Below, in pieces: positions 57,401-64,000 of a stretch of 64,000 nucleotides of DNA. The notes beneath the pieces are model-generated. The model searched no databases and was not told the DNA's origin. It was given only the letters and a program-made list of their open reading frames with translations. Every line of letters begins with the position of its first letter. Position 1 is the first letter of the stretch. Both the position numbers and the translations under genes were made by a program. The DNA comes from Schizochytrium sp. TIO01 (Eukaryota > Protista > Bigyra: Labyrinthulomycetes), in NCBI GenBank assembly GCA_004764695.1, contig SMSO01000036.1, positions 1,364,001-1,428,000 on the forward strand. Direction: 5' to 3'.

Positions 57401-60400
57401 CTACATTTTATGGTACTGTCCTAGTCTCGTTTAAGCCTCATTCAGCGTTTGTTTTCTGCTGAGTCAATGCTACAATTGCTGATCTCTGAGCAACTAACAC
57501 ATTCAAAGCTGCATCATTTGTCTTGAATGATTTTGCCACTGCGCGTCGAACCGCCTCCACGTAGCTCAACAATTAAGCTTACAAGGTGATGACGCGTGCC
57601 AAAATCGTGCCTTGGTCTATGCTAAAACAGATTTTTAATATTGAAAAGCCAGGTGAGTCTACTAGAGCCCACATAACACTAATAGATTATTATAATCTTC
57701 TACTATTTAAAACAATTTTATTTTTTATTTTTTTAAATGCAACCAGGCGAAGAAAACACAGTTCTCGACTTTATGATCGTCCCTTGCCTATGCAATCTTT
57801 CGGAATAGTTCACACAAGGGCGTCTGCGCAACCTCGATACACTCCGGTCTATTTGTTATTTACAGGGCTATTTGCATATAGATAAATTGCAACGCTTTCT
57901 GAAAGCATTGAAAAGTTGAAAGATAGAATGCAAATCGCAAATTCAATACGTTTCAATTTTCACTCAAACACGAAAGCACGAAACGCTCTAGAAAGCTAAA
58001 AATGATTCTGATTTCTATTTGTAGTTTAGTTTGACTTCCATTAGAGTTCTTTAATGCATTGCACAATTTAGCAAGACAGGGTCGAAATACCAAGCTTCTC
58101 TTTACAAAGCTCTGGACTATATTATTGCAAATAGCCTACTGGCCGCATTTATTAGTTTTATTAAAGTTTCATTTTGCTTAGTAATTTTATCTTCCTGTTT
58201 CCTTCCAGATGTATTTAGACTGACAACACACGATATCCTGCTCGAATAATTTTTCAAGAGAAAGGTAATCCTGGTTTACGATGAATATAAGTAATCCAAT
58301 AAATAACATATAAGGAAGAAGATCTTGTAAACACTCTTTTCGTCAATTGCCAAATACAAGCTTTAGTAATCAACTCTCAAGGAACTATCAATTTAATCGT
58401 ACGCACTGTCAAGTTGAGGTGCTGCACTCGACATATTCATGGAGGTTAAATGGTTCTTGAGTAATTAGGCAATGTAGTACCCAGCCATGGTCAAGCACAG
58501 AGGAAACGAAAACATCACCGATACGCTTTAGATCTCTAAAGGTGGCTTGTTCAGAGAGTAAACAATGCCTTTTGCAAAACACACTTTAAAAAAGAGGCGT
58601 GCAGAAGGAATTCTTCGTTATATTATTGTCGTCGCAAAATCATGTCGCTGGACTTTGATGTCACCACTACCAGAATCGTAGGAGGCAAGTAAATCAAATC
58701 GGCGGCTCACGGCCCATAATCTGCTTATCGAAAACTACGAGTTTTGCAACGGGTGAGTCTGGAGTCTCTCCGTTCCGATACCTAAGTTCTAGCAAGTCAC
58801 AGCAACCTTCCTTTCGAATATGCTTTTCTTTTAAAGTGGTTACAATAATCTCATTCATGTTATTTTGTAAGTCCTGTGTCTTCAAAAATGAATATTCGGA
58901 AATGTTAGTTTGCAAGAGACAGTCACGAGACTGAGTCGAGAATAGTGAATAAAATATTTGGGGAGAAGTAGGCAGCCCCAGGAAAACACAAGTTGTTGCA
59001 TCATCTACGATCCAGCATGCCGTTGATTCTATTCACCTTCTTTAAAGAAAGCATACCTTGCATGAGGTTTAAGTCATTGCTCCCAGGGATATTCGCCACG
59101 CTCGTGGCTGGAATAGCACTTTCACGAAGCTTCAGTAACGATTCTTATAAGACATAATAGACGCACGCCAAAGTTGAAGAATTCCCGTCTACCCTTTTTC
59201 GGGAACATACTAATATGTTGTCCTGTTATGATGAATGCATTATGATAGATAATAAGGCGAAAGAAACACGATGCTCTTACTTTTGTTGCATGGATGGCAA
59301 AGTACACTCTAAAGACTTTGTAAGGCGGGCGTTACTGAAGAAACACAGGAGTCGGCGAACTCTTCTCTTACAACTACTACCTAGCTACCCACTTCACTCT
59401 CCATCTCTTTCTCCCTGATTCAATTTTTTCTAAGAGGTAAACAAGTAAAAAATATAAATAAAATGCGAATGGATAAAGAAATTGCATAAATAAACATTTT
59501 TTTTAATAAAACCATCTCTTCGTTTGCTGAATGTTTTTGCTTATCCTCTTTTTCTTTTCCTTTTCTTTTATTAGTTTATATTTCAGAACGTTAAATAGGA
59601 TTAAAAGGAAATGCTGAAGCACCTTGTTCTTTTAACTTAAATTGATCAGGTTCTTTAATCAATCATTCATCTTGAAAAGCATGTCTCGTTCCATGTTTTC
59701 ACCAGACTTTGCTTAGTTATCACACAGACTTCTTCTTCGAGTAGGTGTTGATCTGTCATTTCAGACTACCTAGGACACGTTTTCACGGCAGAAAAATATC
59801 ACATTGCTCTGCACATCCTTTGCGAACGGCGCGAGTCTGTTCGTGAAGCCGTGGATGCTTCCTCTCCCTTCATCATGGAACCTTGGCGCTTCTGTCTTGA
59901 AAGTTGGCACGTTTGCACTGTTGCCAGCAAGTCATTATTTGCCAGACCATCCATTTCTCGTTCCTGATGTGCCCATAATAACATGCGTTTCCCGATATGC
60001 CACTATGAATTGGAAGACAAATAAAAAATCGAAGTATCTCATCAATTTTTTTAAACATGAAATAGAATCCACCAAAGACCTTGGAAACGAGACTTTTAAA
60101 AAAACGATGAATAGATCGCAAGCCTAAACTAGCTTCTGCATCGCCCATCCGTTTACTTGAGGCACATGATGAAGCTTTCCAGGCCAGACTATTGCCGATG
60201 TTGAATCCATCCGCTTACATCGCCAGCGAGCTCAAGAATGCTTATCTACAACATTGTCTGTTCGTACACCATCGACTTTTCAAGACAGCATAAGTTTTAT
60301 GTATCTATCTCATCGCATTGTCGCAATCATGATGAAAAGGCATACATACATACATTCCCACGCTTTCAACATTATTAAAAAAACACGATGACAAGTTCAG

Positions 60401-61991
60401 AGAGCAGTCATTCGAGCACCCGAAGTTCCCCCACCCTTCATCAACTTTAGTGTCCAAGTCTACGTACTCCACGCTCGATCCACTCAGCCCAGCTCGGTTC
60501 ATCCTGAATAAACTCTTTTCCCAAGATCTTGACAATCCAAGTGTCTCTCTGTGTGGTGCTCGCCATCGCTTCATGACCTCATCGCATGTGCACCCTCGTA
60601 AGCCACGAAGGCAGCCAGCCAAACCAGCTCACGCAGCGCACTCGCCTCGAGAACGGTGTTAAAGCGATCAAGAATTCTGCGGTTCCTGGCAAGATCGGCA
60701 CGCATTCTCCGAGCACAGCTAGCTGGCCCAGGACCCGTGCTGCCTGTGAACCTCTGCCGCACCAGCTTCAAAGTTTCGATCGAAGAAAACCTCGCTTGGC
60801 CCGTGCTGCTGCTCGCTCCGCACCGCTTCCACGGCAATGTTCTTGAGCTCTTCAGGGAGGGACACCCACGATTGGTCCTATGGCTCGGGGAGAGGTGCCT
60901 GAAGTCAACCGCGGAGAAGGCGTCGCAGGCGCGTCTTTAGTCCACTCCTTTTTCCCTTTCCCTCTCTTGTTCATACATAGTCTTTTTGTCGTTATTTCTT
61001 CTCATTTCATCTTTATTAAAATAATGTGTTTGTAAATTAGTTTATTATTTAGTTTGCTAAGCAGTAGTAGTAGTTTCAATGAGTAAGATTATTGTAGTAT
61101 ATGCATGGCTTCACTCGCTCGCTGTCTTCGAAGGGCTGAGCACGCTCGCAAAGGTAGGTAGGAGGTATGAATATTCCGAAAGGTTGTGACGATCGTGATG
61201 GTTTGTGAAAGAATTGGACCGCGGACGGCCCGATGGCGAACTTTGGTGTTTGGTGTAGTGCCAGCGTGTCTTGGATTGAATGATCGAATCCTCGGTCTCA
61301 TTTGGTGGCTGATCAAGTTCCAGTCTGAGTTAGTTGGACCTCGCTCAGGTTCACCTTTCTTAAACCCTCGTTCTGAAGAAAAAAGAGAAATGGCTATTTT
61401 ACAGCAACAAACAAATTACATCTTCTCTTTAAATTACTGATTACGTGTGATTGATTAATTGGTTTATGGATCTATGAAAAGGGCGATCGATCACTGTCAT
61501 ATCACGATCATTCTTCATTTCATTCTCAGGTGACCTCCTAAGGCACGAATTCTGTCGGTGGTCTTCAGGTTGCAACTGTTTAACTGATGCCAACGTCTTG
61601 AACCTTCGTTGGAGCCTCTTTCATGGCGTTGGAGTCTGCGTTGCCAGGCCTGCCTGATCTTGTGAAAGCCGCGAGCTAGCTGTCTAGACGATTCCTCGAC
61701 TGGCAACCTGCAAGCTTCCCACTTATTGAAGCAGTTTTACCATGGTCAGTGCCAGCGAGTTGCATTGAGAAACGACCCAAGAAATGAGTGGTTTCTTCAT
61801 TCATCGATCCATTAAATGCGTGCGTGAATTCAATGCATGCACTTCTTACCCTAATACCATCAGAGTGCACTCTCAAACATGCATGCACGCACCAATCCAA
61901 ACCCGTCGAGAGCCACAAGCGTGCTGGCTGGAGATTCTGCCGCCATTTCGCTTCCGCGCCTGAGCACGATCCCCATCAGCTACTTCACTAC

Positions 61992-62096
61992 TCATTCATT
62001 CATTCATTCATTCATTTGTTTGTTTGTTTGTTTATTTGTTTATTTGTTTATTTGGCTGACTGATTATTTCATTCATTCATTCATTCATTCATTCAC
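61992..62096. repeat. Compound (CATT)n-(GTTT)n-(CATT)n microsatellite
   Basis: Seen directly. Confidence 0.9.
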
Positions 62097-62773
62097 TGTT
62101 TATTAGGAGCTCAACCCGAACTTCAGACTTCTAACTAAAAGTTCGTCTTCTCAACCTCGCTAGTACCTTCCAATACTTACAGGTACCTACCGCTCCCTTT
62201 CGCAAGGTGTGCACTGGACTGCTACTCTATACGCTATCTACCGCCCCCTAGGACCGCTGAGGCGTGGGACCTTTCGGGGCAAATGTCACGTGGAGATACT
62301 TTAGCTGTAACGCTAGGAGTGGTGGCGGCTGAGTTGGCGCTTGGGCGGCGGCGTCGAGCGGCGTCTTTTCCTTAGGACCGGCTTAGGGTCAGCTAGGATG
62401 GGAAGATCGAGCGCGAGCGGAGTGATTTTCGATTCAGGTTTCTGGCGGAGAAAGGGACTGAAGCAGAGCACTTCTCAGTCTCTGAGAAGGCACGCGCAAA
62501 GAGGTGTGAGAGGACGCTGTTTAAGCCAGGCAAAAGCCCGTGAGCGGGTTCTTCAATCTTCGCTCCCATCATCCGCAGCTTGGTTTGTTTTAGCGAAGCT
62601 CGGCGGAACAGGAAAGTTTGGAGGCGAAGTCATGAACTTCGAAACGTTGAACTTCGGACATAGACGAAGAATACACCTCGGTAGCAGTACATAGGCACGC
62701 AGTAGGGGTGGAGGGATTAGGAGTGAAGGCGAATATTTTACTTTGGTTTACTATGAAGTTTTAAACCATTGCT

Positions 62774-62774
<1 letters not shown>

Positions 62775-62803
<29 letters not shown>
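62775..62803. repeat. (GATT)n microsatellite
   Basis: gattgattgattgattgattgattgaat. Confidence 0.9.
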
Positions 62804-62804
<1 letters not shown>

Positions 62805-64000
62805 GATTAATAGTTTGTTTGTATTGTTTTTAATTGAGGGGGAATTGAAGGACTCGAAGAACTTGGAGAGGATGATGAAGTCCTCCTCTCGCCTCGCTTC
62901 TCTTCTAATCCGGATTCTTTCTTTTGCAATCTTGAAAGAAGACAGTATGTTGCAACGATGTAGACGAGAAACTCTCCCGTGTGAAGTGCACCTGCTCTTG
63001 CATCTGCAGGAGTCTTTCGATCAACGTCGCATTTATGGCGATCTGCTCAGAAAAAAAGTCAGACCCACCATGTAGAACATAACAAGAGTAAGGCCGTAGC
63101 AATATGATATTTTATTCTAGTAATAAAACAAGAGGTAATGTTGATAATAATCTGCTGCTTAGTTTTAATTGAAACAAACCTTGGAGATTGGGCAAAGATC
63201 TCAAGATAGATCGCCATGTTTTGAGAGCTGACAATGGCTTTAAAGATCGCATTTCTTTCCACAGAAGCCGTGACTTTCTTTTCTACAACGCCGCTGCTGG
63301 CGTTTTCGATCCCGGCATGAGCAGCGAGTGCAAACTTTGTAAAAGTGAATGAATGATGGACAAGGCGGCGGGCGCTTAATAACCTGCAGAATAAAGAGTT
63401 GAGACGAGTTGCAGATCGCAACGTTGAAACATCTTGTAAAACTGAGCTCAGAAACTAGCACTAGAAGCTGCGCAGTAGGTTTGAAACTGACGCTAGAAAT
63501 ATGCATCGACCACTTCTTCATCCAAAAGCGGCAGAAATAGTAGCCTGGTTTCCCTGACCTCCATGGATTGAAACAGCGGATTGTCCTTCGCCTCGCGTTG
63601 TTGATTCCATGTAGCAGTTAGATGGCTGTCAAGATGTTCGATTAGCTGGCTAGATAGTGAGTGAGCAAGCAAGCAAGCAAATAATTGAAGAAGTAGGAGG
63701 GATCCTCATAGAATGAGCCTTGGCTTTGGGAGCCTTTTTGTTAGGAGGCGGTATTTTCAGCAAGACTTCTCGTTTCTCGTAGGAACTCTGCCTCGTTTAC
63801 GATAGGTCAAAGCTCTTTCTTCCTCTCTCTTTAGTTCTTTACTTTTAAAACCTAGAAGACCTCATTTCATCCCATATCACTCACTGGTACATGGAACAAG
63901 AATACTTACTCCTCGTAACTTCTTCTCTCCCGGCCTCGCAAGTGAAAACGGAAGCATCTCCTTCTATTTCTAAGAAACGAAAAACTTTCCTTAAAAAACC

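Overview
Eukaryotic nuclear DNA, intron-poor and microsatellite-rich. Gene content and style suggest a stramenopile, most likely a thraustochytrid (Labyrinthulomycetes); this is inference, not a database result. Bases 1-40.2 kb hold 10 supportable protein genes: a small coiled-coil protein, a TBC1D23-like protein with an extra PDZ domain, a three-repeat Myb factor, an FGGY pentulose kinase, a two-exon polycystin-2-like channel, two tandem non-RD AGC-like kinases, an orphan tail-anchored protein, an LRR protein, and a protein with a PDZ-like domain plus 23 C3H (WRKY19-like) zinc-finger repeats. Two large regions lack credible ORFs: 7.5-17.7 kb and 40.2-64 kb. Both lie upstream of putative transcription-factor genes and carry compound microsatellites, CTA/TAG-rich islands and splice-signal-bounded repeat tracts. 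I recognised no tRNA, rRNA, snRNA, CRISPR array or intact mobile element. No single new system is proven from the sequence. The best leads are the unusual domain architectures and the apparent non-coding organisation of the gene-free regions.
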